This document shows, in pieces, positions 8,901 to 17,434 of a stretch of 32,872 nt of DNA. The notes under the pieces were generated by a model that worked only from the letters and a program-made list of their open reading frames with translations, made no database searches and was not told the DNA's origin. Origin of the DNA: Pirellulales bacterium (GTDB lineage Bacteria > Planctomycetota > Planctomycetia > Pirellulales > UBA1268). How positions within the stretch are numbered: position 1 is the first letter of the stretch; each line of letters opens with the position of its first letter. The stretch covers positions 1 through 32,872 of the forward strand of contig JBIIOL010000001.1 in assembly GCA_044336965.1 (NCBI GenBank), given 5' to 3'. The position numbers and the translations under genes are program-made.

Positions 8901-11502
8901 GTTCGAGAATCCGTTCGTTCTTGCACTGTCTCGCGTGGTCGCGACCCACGGGATGAAGACTGCTATCGAGACCTCCGGTAGCCGGCGTCTGTGCTACCGA
9001 GAGTTGTGGGACGCGGCCATCGCCATGAGCGGCACCATGCGCTCGCACGGCATCGCTGATGGCTTCTGCGTGGCCGTTGTGTTTCCGCGTTCACCGGAGT
9101 TCGTGACGGCCCTGATCGCCTGCTGGATGTGCGGTGCGGTAGCACTCCTTCTGGACTCCGACCTGCCGCACGCACGGCGTCGCAAGATCCTGCGGCAGGT
9201 GCGTCCCCACTTCGTACTCGACCGGAACGGATGCCGTCCCTCCCCCTTCCCGAACGAGACGGCCTTTCCGGCCAGGCAGGCGCCCGCGTACCTGATCTAT
9301 ACCTCGGGATCTACCGGGAGACCGAAGGGCGTGCTGGTGTCCCATACCGGTCTCATGCCGGTGCTCCAGGCGCAGATCGAAACGTTCGAGCTCGATGACG
9401 AGAGCCGATGTCTCTGGGTGCATGGCACTGGCTTCGATGCTTCCCTGTCGGACATCGGCACCACTCTCCTCGCAGGGGCGACGCTGTGCATGGAGGAGGA
9501 ACCGCTGCGAGATTTGGCCGTGCTCGGTCGCTGGGGAATCACACACGTCGACTTGCCGCCGTCGCTCCTGCCGTGGCTCGACGAACGCGCACGCCTGCAT
9601 ACGATCGTGATCGGTGGCGAAGTATGCCCGACCGCAGTCGTGCGTCGGTGGGCGGAACGGACGAATCTCGTGTGCGTGTACGGACCCACGGAAGCGACGA
9701 TCTGCACGAGCATGATTCGCTGTGGCCCGGACTGGGATCGGCCTTGGATCGGGACCCCGTTGCCGGGTGTCACGTATTCCGTACACGCCACTGACGGAAG
9801 CGAAGCTTCGACTGGAGAACTGTGGATCAGCGGATCGACGGTGGCCCTGGGTTATCCGTGGGAAACGGAACTGACTGCGGAGCGATTCGTGAACGCGGGC
9901 CGTACGTTCCGCACCGGTGATCTCGTCAGGCGTCATGGTCGCGAGTCGTACGAGTTTCTCGGCAGACTGGACCGACAGTTCAAGCTCAACGGACGACTGA
10001 TCTGTCCGGAAGAGGTCGAACTGGCGCTGCTCGAAACGGGACTGGTGCAACGCGCGCGGGTTCTGCGCTACGGTCGGGGCACCCATGCCGCGTTGGGCGC
10101 GAGCGTGGAGTCCACCGTCGGTTCCGAAATCCTCGGTGCGAGGCTGGGCCAGACACTCCCCTCGTGGATGGTCCCGACGTGCTGGGACACGACGAAAGCG
10201 ATTCCAGAGACCGCCAACGGCAAGCCGGATGACGCATCCATCCGCGAACGCCTCGCCTGGCGGGAGACCTGCGAAACGGAACCAAACGACGGCGATGAAA
10301 GGGCCATCTGCCGCCTGATGGCAAAGTGCTTGCAGCGCACCACGGTGGCTGCCCATGAAGATTTCTTCACCGACCTCGGTGGGGACTCGCTCGCCGTGGT
10401 GGCCTTCACGTCTCTGGCCGCCGGAGCCGGTCTGGAAATCACCCCGGAAGCACTCTCTCTGGGTCGCACTGCGTCGGGGGTCGCGGCCATGATGCGTGCG
10501 CACACAACCGAGGCCCGTGCTCCGCACGAGTTCGCAGCCGATGTCGAATTGCCGTGGACGTTCCCGAATCAGCAGTCCGAAGCTCCCCGCCGGCTCCTGC
10601 TCACGGGTGCAACTGGCTTCCTGGGTTCGATCCTCTCCACGACACTCGACGGCGAGGTGCTGCCGCTGTCGAGAGCCAACGGCGACGTTGGCAGGCCGTT
10701 CTTCGGGTGGAATGAAGCGGATTGGCGGGCGCATGCCGACACCGTCGACACGGTTGTTCATCTCGCGGCGGATGTCCGTCTCTTCGCACCGTACAGCGAG
10801 TTGGCACGGACACAGGTCGCGGGTACACGTGAAGTCCTGCGATTCTGCGCGACCGGGCGACCCAAGACACTCCATTACGCCTCGACCCTTTCCGTATTCG
10901 TCGATGCCGACCCGCGGGACAACCTCTGTCGGGAATCGGATGGACGCCGCCAGGTGTCGTGCCTTTACGGCGGATATGCCCAGTCAAAATGGGTGGCGGA
11001 ACAACTCGTGCTGCGCGCCATGGAGAGTGGATTGCGGTCGGGCATTCATCGTCTCGGATTGTTGGCACCCTGTACGCGGACCGGCGTCCGCCCGCGGAAC
11101 GACTGGTTCACACTGGCACTTCCAGGGCTCCTGGAGCGATCACGTGATGCGGACCCTGAACTGGCGTTTGACCTCACCCCGGTCGACTACGCAGCCCGAG
11201 TGATGGCGTGGCTCATCAACAAGTGCCACGAAGGCATTTTCCACATCGCGGCGCCACGACCGACGACACTGCGCGACCTCGAGTCCACTGGTCTGCGTCC
11301 ACGTCGTGGACACGACAGTCCGGTGACTGAACTCGCCGCGAGTGGAAAGCATCGGTCGCTCGGCGTTTTGAAGTGCACGCACACTCGATTCGATCGCACG
11401 CGGACAGAGCAGGCTCTCGCCGGGAGCGGGATTGTTTTTCCGGAAATCGACAATACCTATCTACAGACGTGCCTCCAGCACGCTGAAAGTGGTGTCGAAT
11501 GA
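8881..11502 (+). CDS. NRPS-like single-module enzyme with adenylation, peptidyl-carrier (T) and terminal thioester reductase (R) domains (A-T-R). Predicted to be an acid- or amino-acid-reducing enzyme that forms an aldehyde.
   Basis: A-domain cores: LIYTSGSTGRPKGV (A3), YGPTE (A5), GELWISG (A6), FRTGD (A7), NGK (A10). Carrier: FFTDLGGDSLAVV (phosphopantetheine Ser). R domain: LLTGATGFLGSIL (Rossmann) and YGGYAQSKWVAE (YxxxK). It overlaps the upstream gene by 20 nt and the downstream gene by ATGA. Confidence 0.85.
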   Translation: MTMWGSEFENPFVLALSRVVATHGMKTAIETSGSRRLCYRELWDAAIAMSGTMRSHGIADGFCVAVVFPRSPEFVTALIACWMCGAVALLLDSDLPHARRRKILRQVRPHFVLDRNGCRPSPFPNETAFPARQAPAYLIYTSGSTGRPKGVLVSHTGLMPVLQAQIETFELDDESRCLWVHGTGFDASLSDIGTTLLAGATLCMEEEPLRDLAVLGRWGITHVDLPPSLLPWLDERARLHTIVIGGEVCPTAVVRRWAERTNLVCVYGPTEATICTSMIRCGPDWDRPWIGTPLPGVTYSVHATDGSEASTGELWISGSTVALGYPWETELTAERFVNAGRTFRTGDLVRRHGRESYEFLGRLDRQFKLNGRLICPEEVELALLETGLVQRARVLRYGRGTHAALGASVESTVGSEILGARLGQTLPSWMVPTCWDTTKAIPETANGKPDDASIRERLAWRETCETEPNDGDERAICRLMAKCLQRTTVAAHEDFFTDLGGDSLAVVAFTSLAAGAGLEITPEALSLGRTASGVAAMMRAHTTEARAPHEFAADVELPWTFPNQQSEAPRRLLLTGATGFLGSILSTTLDGEVLPLSRANGDVGRPFFGWNEADWRAHADTVDTVVHLAADVRLFAPYSELARTQVAGTREVLRFCATGRPKTLHYASTLSVFVDADPRDNLCRESDGRRQVSCLYGGYAQSKWVAEQLVLRAMESGLRSGIHRLGLLAPCTRTGVRPRNDWFTLALPGLLERSRDADPELAFDLTPVDYAARVMAWLINKCHEGIFHIAAPRPTTLRDLESTGLRPRRGHDSPVTELAASGKHRSLGVLKCTHTRFDRTRTEQALAGSGIVFPEIDNTYLQTCLQHAESGVE

Positions 11503-12488
11503 CAGCGCCAGCGGCGAAAACAGGAATGCTGTTGGGCAAGTTTCTGCCGCCGCACTGCGGGCACCTTTATCTTGGCGCCTTTGCGAGGCATTTCGTCGAA
11601 GATCTCACCATCGTCGTAGGGACCCTGGAACGCGAGCCGATCCCGGGCAGACTGAGATTCGAGTGGATGCGTCAACTGTTTCCCGGGGTGAACGTCGTGC
11701 ACCTCGCCGAGGAACTGCCGCAGGATCCGTCGGAGCATCCGGACTTCTGGCGGCTCTGGCAGACCTCACTGCTGCGAATCCTGCCCTCTCCCCCAGACGT
11801 CATTTTCGCGTCCGAACCGTACGGGGAGAAACTTGCAGAGGTGCTCGGAGGCCGGTTCATCCCCGTGAATCCTGATCGCAGCATCCATCCTGTCAGCGGC
11901 ACGGCTGTTCGCGAGAACCCGTGGGCGCACTGGGATCAACTTCCGCCTCCCGTGCGTGCCTACTATGCTCGACGAGTGTGCGTCTTCGGTCCGGAATCCA
12001 CAGGCAAGTCGACCCTCGTCCGGCAACTCGCTGAACACTTTCGCACGGTCGCCGTCCCGGAATATGCCCGCACGCTCCTCGAATGGCGGCGTGGGCGGCT
12101 AGACCCGGAGGATTTGCCTGACATCGCCCGTGGGCAGGCGGCCAGTGAGGACGCGCTCGCACCCTTGGCGAATCGCGTTGTCTTCATGGACACCGACCCG
12201 CTGGCGACGGTGGTATGGTCCGATTTTCTTTTCGGGTCCGTGGACCCGGAGGTTCAGACGCTCGCACGATCACGGACGCCGGACCTGTATCTGCTGACGG
12301 ATGTCGACGTGCCGTGGATACCCGATCCGGTGCGGTACCTGCCGGATGAGCGAGCGAGCTTCCTCGCCCGCTGCGAGGAGGCACTCACATCGCGAAACCG
12401 ACGCTTCGTCAGGATCAGTGGAAGTTGGAACGAACGCTTCGCGATTGCCGTTCAAGCCGTGGAGTCGCTCGGGATCGCGGCACCTTGA
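11499..12488 (+). CDS. NadR-type bifunctional NMN adenylyltransferase / ribosylnicotinamide kinase that lacks the N-terminal HTH domain.
   Basis: GKFLPPHCGHLYL (HxGH nucleotidyltransferase motif) and SGTAVR (SxTxxR). Then VFGPESTGKSTL (Walker A) and VFMDTD (Walker B-like), arranged as in the NadR RNK domain. The start overlaps the A-T-R stop as ATGA. Confidence 0.75.
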   Translation: MTAPAAKTGMLLGKFLPPHCGHLYLGAFARHFVEDLTIVVGTLEREPIPGRLRFEWMRQLFPGVNVVHLAEELPQDPSEHPDFWRLWQTSLLRILPSPPDVIFASEPYGEKLAEVLGGRFIPVNPDRSIHPVSGTAVRENPWAHWDQLPPPVRAYYARRVCVFGPESTGKSTLVRQLAEHFRTVAVPEYARTLLEWRRGRLDPEDLPDIARGQAASEDALAPLANRVVFMDTDPLATVVWSDFLFGSVDPEVQTLARSRTPDLYLLTDVDVPWIPDPVRYLPDERASFLARCEEALTSRNRRFVRISGSWNERFAIAVQAVESLGIAAP

Positions 12489-12593
12489 ACCGAAGTCGCG
12501 GCGGAGCCGTGCATCTCCGACGTGTTCAGCGACACCGCCTGGAACCCACGGGTCACGTTGCTCAGCGGGTCCCACGCAGCAGCGGACTTGCGG

Positions 12594-12817
12594 CGATGGC
12601 GTGGATGAGCGAGCGGACGGTGAACGAGGCTCTGGACAAGAACCTTCCACTCGGCGACCTCATCGATCCCGACTTCACCTACACCAACACCTCTGTCAAC
12701 CGGGACATGTACGCCAAGAGCGACCCACTGTCCGCCAACGGCGTGCTCGCCGGCGGCGGGGGCTTCCGCGACCTGTTGCTCACCGTGATCGCGAGCGAGT
12801 CATTCCGCACACGGTGA
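12594..12817 (+). pseudogene. Remnant of the C-terminus of a PSD1/DUF1553-like planctomycetal protein (gene fragment).
   Basis: Protein-like, non-Arg-rich translation MAWMSERTVNEALDKNLPLGDLIDPDFTYTNTSVNRDMYAKSDPLSANGVLAGGGGFRDLLLTVIASESFRTR. It ends like the intact PSD1 protein in this window (…LIRAFAASRLFLDR). No N-terminal portion is present. A possible degraded DUF1501-like Tat N-terminus follows in frame 3 (…RQALEQRAVVPAALLPD…). Confidence 0.35.
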
Positions 12818-13390
12818 ATGGACGCCCACGGCAGGCACTGGAGCAGCGTGCCGTCGTGCCCGCGGCTTTGCTGCCAGACCGTTTCGAGCGGCGTCACCGA
12901 CTATTCCCGCCGTCCGGCCGGCTCGTCATACGTGCACTGCATCGAACGTTGTGGAGCCTGCAGCACCGCAGGGATCATGTCGAGAAAATCGCTTCGTTGG
13001 ACGAGGGCCATAATTGTCGCCTCAGCTTGAAGAGTGCCGCGACCCGTGAGGTCATGAACGCCGTGATCACGAAGCCGTCGTGCGACTCCGTCTCTCTTTA
13101 AGCTACCACCAGCACTTTCGACGAATCCAACCTGCGTACTGCCAGCAACTCCCCCGAAGTGCCCTCGAGTTGAAAACTTGCCGCCACGGGCGACAGTACA
13201 TCCCATACCGAACACGACTGGCTTCGTCCCCATTCAGTCTGGGCAAGGTGTTCCGGCTGGACCGGTGCGGTCGCACCGGTCGTAACGGTTTAACCTCGCG
13301 TTTCGGGCAATCTGGTTGCTCCGACCGCGCCTGCCTGCGGACGCTCCGTGGACCGCTGCCGAAAGAAAAGAAGCGGGCTCTATCGCCCGC

Positions 13391-13397
13391 AAGGAGG
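13391..13397 (+). promoter_or_regulatory. Shine-Dalgarno AAGGAGG, 6 nt upstream of the ATG at 13404.
   Basis: Seen in sequence: gcAAGGAGGcgatcgATG. Confidence 0.6.
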
Positions 13398-13403
13398 CGA
13401 TCG

Positions 13404-14141
13404 ATGCGCAAGAGAGCATGTGGGCTAGTCGCAGTGCTGGCGATGATCATGGTGGTGATGGTGGCGGATGTCGCTTCGGCCAAGCCCTTCGGCCATATCT
13501 GGGAGAAGCGGCGGGCCGAACTCTATGCCCGGCTCTCGCGGGATGTCTCCGTCCGCGTACAGTCCCGCGTCAGCGCCGCGAAGACAGAGCTTCAGGACTC
13601 CCTCGACACGCGGTTTGCCGAGGAGGCAGCCAAGCTCGAGGCGAAGCTGGCGACCGGCTCGAGGGAGCTCGACGACCGCTTCGGCAACGAGATTCGCTCG
13701 CTCAACGAGTCGTTCGCGGCCGAATCGAAGGCGCTCCGCGAACGGTTCGACCTGCAGCTCGCGGTGCTCAAGAAGAAGATCGACGCCGAACTCGCGGAAG
13801 CCGGGCGGAAAGCCGCGGAGCAGGCGGTCGCTGAATCGAAACAGGCGGCGGAGAAGGCGGCGGAGCGGGTCGATGTCGAATCGAAGAAGGCCGTGGAGCG
13901 GGTCGATGCGACGGCGAAGGGCATCGAGGAAAAGACGACCGCCGAACTGAAGAAGATCGAGCAGCGATCGGTGGCGGAAGTCGAGAGGGTGATGGCGGCC
14001 GCCGAGAGGAAGGTGGACGGCGAGGTCGCGAAGCTGAAGGCCCGCCTCGACGAGCAGGTTGCCGGCATCGCCAAGCAGCTGCAAGAGCAACAGTCCACAA
14101 ACGCCACGCCGGTCGAAGCCAAGGACGGCGAGGCGGAGTAG
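13404..14141 (+). CDS. Secreted coiled-coil protein with apolipoprotein-like amphipathic repeats. Has a signal peptide and is A/E/K-rich.
   Basis: MRKRACGLVAVLAMIMVVMVADVASA is a signal peptide. The rest is almost entirely helical heptad/11-mer repeats (…AEEAAKLEAKLATGSRELDDRFGNEIRSLNESFAAESKALRERF…AVERVDVESKKAVERVDATAKG…). The long 13080 ORF is an upstream extension artefact. Confidence 0.6.
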   Translation: MRKRACGLVAVLAMIMVVMVADVASAKPFGHIWEKRRAELYARLSRDVSVRVQSRVSAAKTELQDSLDTRFAEEAAKLEAKLATGSRELDDRFGNEIRSLNESFAAESKALRERFDLQLAVLKKKIDAELAEAGRKAAEQAVAESKQAAEKAAERVDVESKKAVERVDATAKGIEEKTTAELKKIEQRSVAEVERVMAAAERKVDGEVAKLKARLDEQVAGIAKQLQEQQSTNATPVEAKDGEAE

Positions 14142-14346
14142 GTCAAACGATGGTTGGAAGGGGTCGCAGGTCTTTTTCGATTTCCTCGTCGCCTCTCACG
14201 CCGGATCGAGCGGGTGTATTCTATGTGCATCATGATGTCACACTGTTCTGGGGAAGTGCCTTACGCGGCCTTGCCCGCCTCTCTTGACCGGCTCACCCGC
14301 ATGAGTATACTTCTGTACACAAAGAGCAACACCGGAGCACCCTCGC

Positions 14347-14535
14347 ATGAGTCCTGTCAAAGAAACGATGATCGACATCATCGGCCGGCAGCCAGACGAC
14401 AGCAGCTATGACGAGATCCTGAGAGAACTGGCTTTCGCGAGGATGGTCCAGCGGGGTCTTGACGATGCCGATGCCGGTCAGACACGCAGCGACGAAGAGG
14501 TTGCCAAGGTGATCGACTCGTGGCGGAGCGTTTGA
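14347..14535 (+). CDS. Type II antitoxin (addiction-module component, ParD/RelB-like).
   Basis: 62 aa, acidic. It overlaps the downstream ParE/RelE-family toxin gene by 16 nt. Its position and size are typical of an antitoxin. Confidence 0.55.
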   Translation: MSPVKETMIDIIGRQPDDSSYDEILRELAFARMVQRGLDDADAGQTRSDEEVAKVIDSWRSV

Positions 14536-14828
14536 CGAAAATCGTGTGGACCCTCGAGGCGATACGTTGTCTCGAGGGAATCCACGAATACATCGCAGCA
14601 GACAGCCCTCGGGCGGCGACTGACGTCGTGTCAGGCATCTACGCAAAGGTGCAACTGCTTCGTGAGCATCCCCGACTCGGGCAGCGGTACGAACCGATCC
14701 GCGATCGTGAGGTCCGCGAAACGTCTTACGGTCACTACCGGATTGCGTACCTGATCGTGGATGAGATGCGGATCGATCTGCTTGGAGTTTTCCACGGACG
14801 CATGGACATCGAGCGACACCTCCGCTGA
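14520..14828 (+). CDS. ParE/RelE-family type II toxin.
   Basis: 102 aa. Reads …WTLEAIRCLEGIHEYIA…YRIAYLIVDEMRIDLLGVFHGRMDIERHL, a ParE-like C-terminal ILHGxxD-type motif. GTG start. Confidence 0.6.
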   Translation: MAERLTKIVWTLEAIRCLEGIHEYIAADSPRAATDVVSGIYAKVQLLREHPRLGQRYEPIRDREVRETSYGHYRIAYLIVDEMRIDLLGVFHGRMDIERHLR

Positions 14829-14846
14829 ACTCCCAAAAGCGGCGTA

Positions 14847-15536
14847 TCACCCCCGGCCCGGGCGGCGGCGGGCCATGATCTCGCGGCGGCTCGACACGTG
14901 CAGCTTCTCGTAGATCCGCTGCACGTAGGTGCCCACCGTCGATGTCGAGATCCCGAGCCGCTGGGAGATCTCCTTGTAGGAAAATCCCTCCACGAGCAGT
15001 TCGAGCACCTGCTGCTCACGGGACGTGAGCGACTCTTCGTCCGGGGATTCAGCTGGCAACCGTGCGGAGGATGTGCCCGCTACCTCAGCGGCCTCGCGGC
15101 TGCGAAATGTCTCGATCACCTTCCGCGCGATCGTGCGGCTCATCGGCACGCCGCCGGCCCGGATCTCCCGGATCGTCTCAAGCAGCCGCTCCGGGAGCAC
15201 CGGCTTCACGAGATAGCCGTGGGCGCCGGCGGCCAGCGCCTGAAACGTGGTGTCGGGGTCCTGATAGACGGTCACCATCAGGATCTGTGTGCCGGGAAGC
15301 TTTGGCGCGAGCATCTTCACGCACTCAACTCCCGTGGTGTCGGGCAGGTTCACGTCCATGATCACCACGTCGGGTGCGAGCGCGGGAATGCCGGCCACGG
15401 CCTCCGCCCCCGTCGCAAATGCCCCGAGGCAACGGCACTCGGTGGAGCTTTCCAGAACGTCGACAAAAGTCTGCCGCAGCCGAGCGTCATCCTCAACCAC
15501 CGCCACCCGAATCGTGCCCACTTGGATCGCGGTCAT
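14847..15536 (-). CDS. NarL/FixJ-family response regulator (REC plus LuxR-type HTH), copy 1.
   Basis: VAVVEDD…DVVIMDVNLPD (REC acidic pocket) and LTSREQQVLELLVEGFSYKEISQRLGISTSTVGTYVQRIYEKLHV (LuxR HTH). ATGA overlap with the kinase upstream. Confidence 0.85.
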   Translation of the reverse strand: MTAIQVGTIRVAVVEDDARLRQTFVDVLESSTECRCLGAFATGAEAVAGIPALAPDVVIMDVNLPDTTGVECVKMLAPKLPGTQILMVTVYQDPDTTFQALAAGAHGYLVKPVLPERLLETIREIRAGGVPMSRTIARKVIETFRSREAAEVAGTSSARLPAESPDEESLTSREQQVLELLVEGFSYKEISQRLGISTSTVGTYVQRIYEKLHVSSRREIMARRRPGRG

Positions 15537-17407
15537 GATCTTCCTCCCTTGCGAAGCGCGGAGGCGGTCGCGTGATCTATTTCCAGCGGCACGGTCAGCT
15601 CGATCCGCGTTCCCGACCCCGGCCTGCTCTCAATCACAAACCGCCCGCCCAGATCTTCTACCCGCCGCCGCATGTTGGTCAGGCCTGAGCGGCCCGTATT
15701 CTGCGCTGCTGTCGCTGACGACGGTAGCGAAAAGCCGCGGCCATCATCCTCGACGGCAATCACGAGCTGCGGACCGTTCGCATGGCTTCCGTCCGCCACA
15801 CCGTTTTCCAGCCTCACGCTGAGCCGCACGACCTGCGGATCGGCATGCTTGACGGCATTATTGATCGCCTCACGGACGACCAGAAACAGGTCGTGTCGCA
15901 CGGTGCCCGCAAGCGGCAGCGGCGGCACCTTATCGGGCACGTCGAACCGCACGCTCACGCCGGCGGCGTCGAGAAACTGCTCGGCCGAGTGGGTCAGATA
16001 GGGCACGAATCGGTCGAGCGTGTCGTTGGCGGGATTAACCGCCCAGACGATCGCATCGACGCTCCGCACCAGATCCATCGCTGAAGCACATGCCTTTTCG
16101 GCGCGGGCCACCGTGGCCGCGGATGCCAGACCCTGCACATCGCGGCGGACCCAGTCGGTCTGCATGGCGATCTCGGTGAGTCCCGCGCCGATGTCGTCAT
16201 GAAGATCCCGCGCGATCCGCGCCCGCTCGCGGTCGAGCGCATGGATGCGCTCCATCTCGTCGAGCCGTCTCCGCATCTGCCGGAGCGACACCGCCCGCGC
16301 CACGAGCGCACCGGCCACGAGGCCCACGGCCGCGCACCCCGCCCAGACGTCGCGACGCCAATACCACGGCGGCACGACCACGACCCGCACGCCGGCCTCG
16401 AGGCCCGTCGGTTGGCCGCCCGGCAGAAAAGCGGCCACGCGAAACCAGTAGGTGCCGGGCTCGAGCCCGCCATAAACGGCGGTTGCGCGACCGCCAAGGC
16501 CCAGCGAATACGCTGCCCGCCACGACGCGGTCACCACGTCTCCCGGTTCGACTGGCACGGCGATCCCTCGGCTCAACCACGACCCATACTCGGTGGGATC
16601 GTCATCATCGATCACCAGGATCGGTGTTCTAGACTCAGGTCGCACCGCCACGCGGCTCATCTCGCCGCGGGATCCCGAGCGTCCCCACCCTGTCGGCGTC
16701 GCCAGCGGATGCACGTTGTCGCCGAGCCCAGCGAGCGACAAGGCCTTCCGACGTGGCTCACGCCCCTCAGCGGCGATCGAGAGCACGACATCGTCGATCG
16801 CCATCGCGCCCACGACCTCGTCGCCGCCGTTGGACAGCAAGTTCACCTTCACCGACGACGCCAGCGGCGGCGCTACGCCCGTCAGCGAAAAGGCCTTCAG
16901 CGGTGAGGTTTCCGGCAGGCCCCGCCAGCCCTCCGACGTTCCATGCATCTTGGCGTCGGAACTGCCGACCGTGCTGCCGCCGGTGTCGAGGAATGTCAGA
17001 CTCAGGCGGCCATGCGCCGGCGCATCCCGCCAGTCGGCATCGACGCCGTCGAGACGGTAACGCAGCCGGCTGCCGCGCAGCGCTGGAAGGATTGGTGTCG
17101 CCGTGCCGCCAGCAGCACCGGCAGGCACAGTCGCACGACCCGCGTCCCCCTGCTCGGCCTCACCCTCAAAGACGAACAGGATGCGGCCCGCGTTGGATGA
17201 CACGCGAAGCGGTGCCGCGTCGGCGGCAGCCGACCCATCGATAGGAATATCCCGTCCATCGACGACGGCCCTGATGATCCGCACGTCGGCAGCTGCCGTC
17301 GCAGCCATGGCGCACCACGCGCAGGCAGCGACCAACACGGCAAACGGTTTCGGGACGGTGCGCACGGGGCATTTCCTGACGGCTATACTTTCGCCTCTCG
17401 ACAGCAT
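15533..17407 (-). CDS. Sensor histidine kinase, copy 1. It has a signal/TM segment, a periplasmic sensor with a Y_Y_Y-like motif, and HisKA_3 plus HATPase domains.
   Basis: GTYWFRVAA (Y_Y_Y), ERARIARDLHDDIGAGLTEI (HisKA_3 H-box), NNAVKHA (N-box), DDGRGF and GLTNMRRR (G-boxes). ATG at 17407. The listed 850-aa ORF is an N-terminal over-extension. Confidence 0.8.
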   Translation of the reverse strand: MLSRGESIAVRKCPVRTVPKPFAVLVAACAWCAMAATAAADVRIIRAVVDGRDIPIDGSAAADAAPLRVSSNAGRILFVFEGEAEQGDAGRATVPAGAAGGTATPILPALRGSRLRYRLDGVDADWRDAPAHGRLSLTFLDTGGSTVGSSDAKMHGTSEGWRGLPETSPLKAFSLTGVAPPLASSVKVNLLSNGGDEVVGAMAIDDVVLSIAAEGREPRRKALSLAGLGDNVHPLATPTGWGRSGSRGEMSRVAVRPESRTPILVIDDDDPTEYGSWLSRGIAVPVEPGDVVTASWRAAYSLGLGGRATAVYGGLEPGTYWFRVAAFLPGGQPTGLEAGVRVVVVPPWYWRRDVWAGCAAVGLVAGALVARAVSLRQMRRRLDEMERIHALDRERARIARDLHDDIGAGLTEIAMQTDWVRRDVQGLASAATVARAEKACASAMDLVRSVDAIVWAVNPANDTLDRFVPYLTHSAEQFLDAAGVSVRFDVPDKVPPLPLAGTVRHDLFLVVREAINNAVKHADPQVVRLSVRLENGVADGSHANGPQLVIAVEDDGRGFSLPSSATAAQNTGRSGLTNMRRRVEDLGGRFVIESRPGSGTRIELTVPLEIDHATASALRKGGRS

Positions 17408-17434
17408 GCCAGTTCCGCCGGACGACACGCAACC

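Noticed and set aside
9091-10875. 594-aa minus-strand ORF
   Set aside because: It is antisense to the A-T-R gene, whose sense strand has all the adenylation, carrier and reductase cores.
12301-13101. 266-aa plus-strand Arg-rich ORF
   Set aside because: Its low-complexity, R/S/P-rich translation overlaps the 3' end of the NadR-type gene out of frame. Only the 12594-12817 sub-frame looks protein-like, and that is handled separately as a pseudogene remnant.
14142-14200. Possible terminator after the coiled-coil protein gene (ggggtcgcaggtctttttcg)
   Set aside because: A T-run is present, but the preceding segment does not form a convincing GC-rich inverted repeat.
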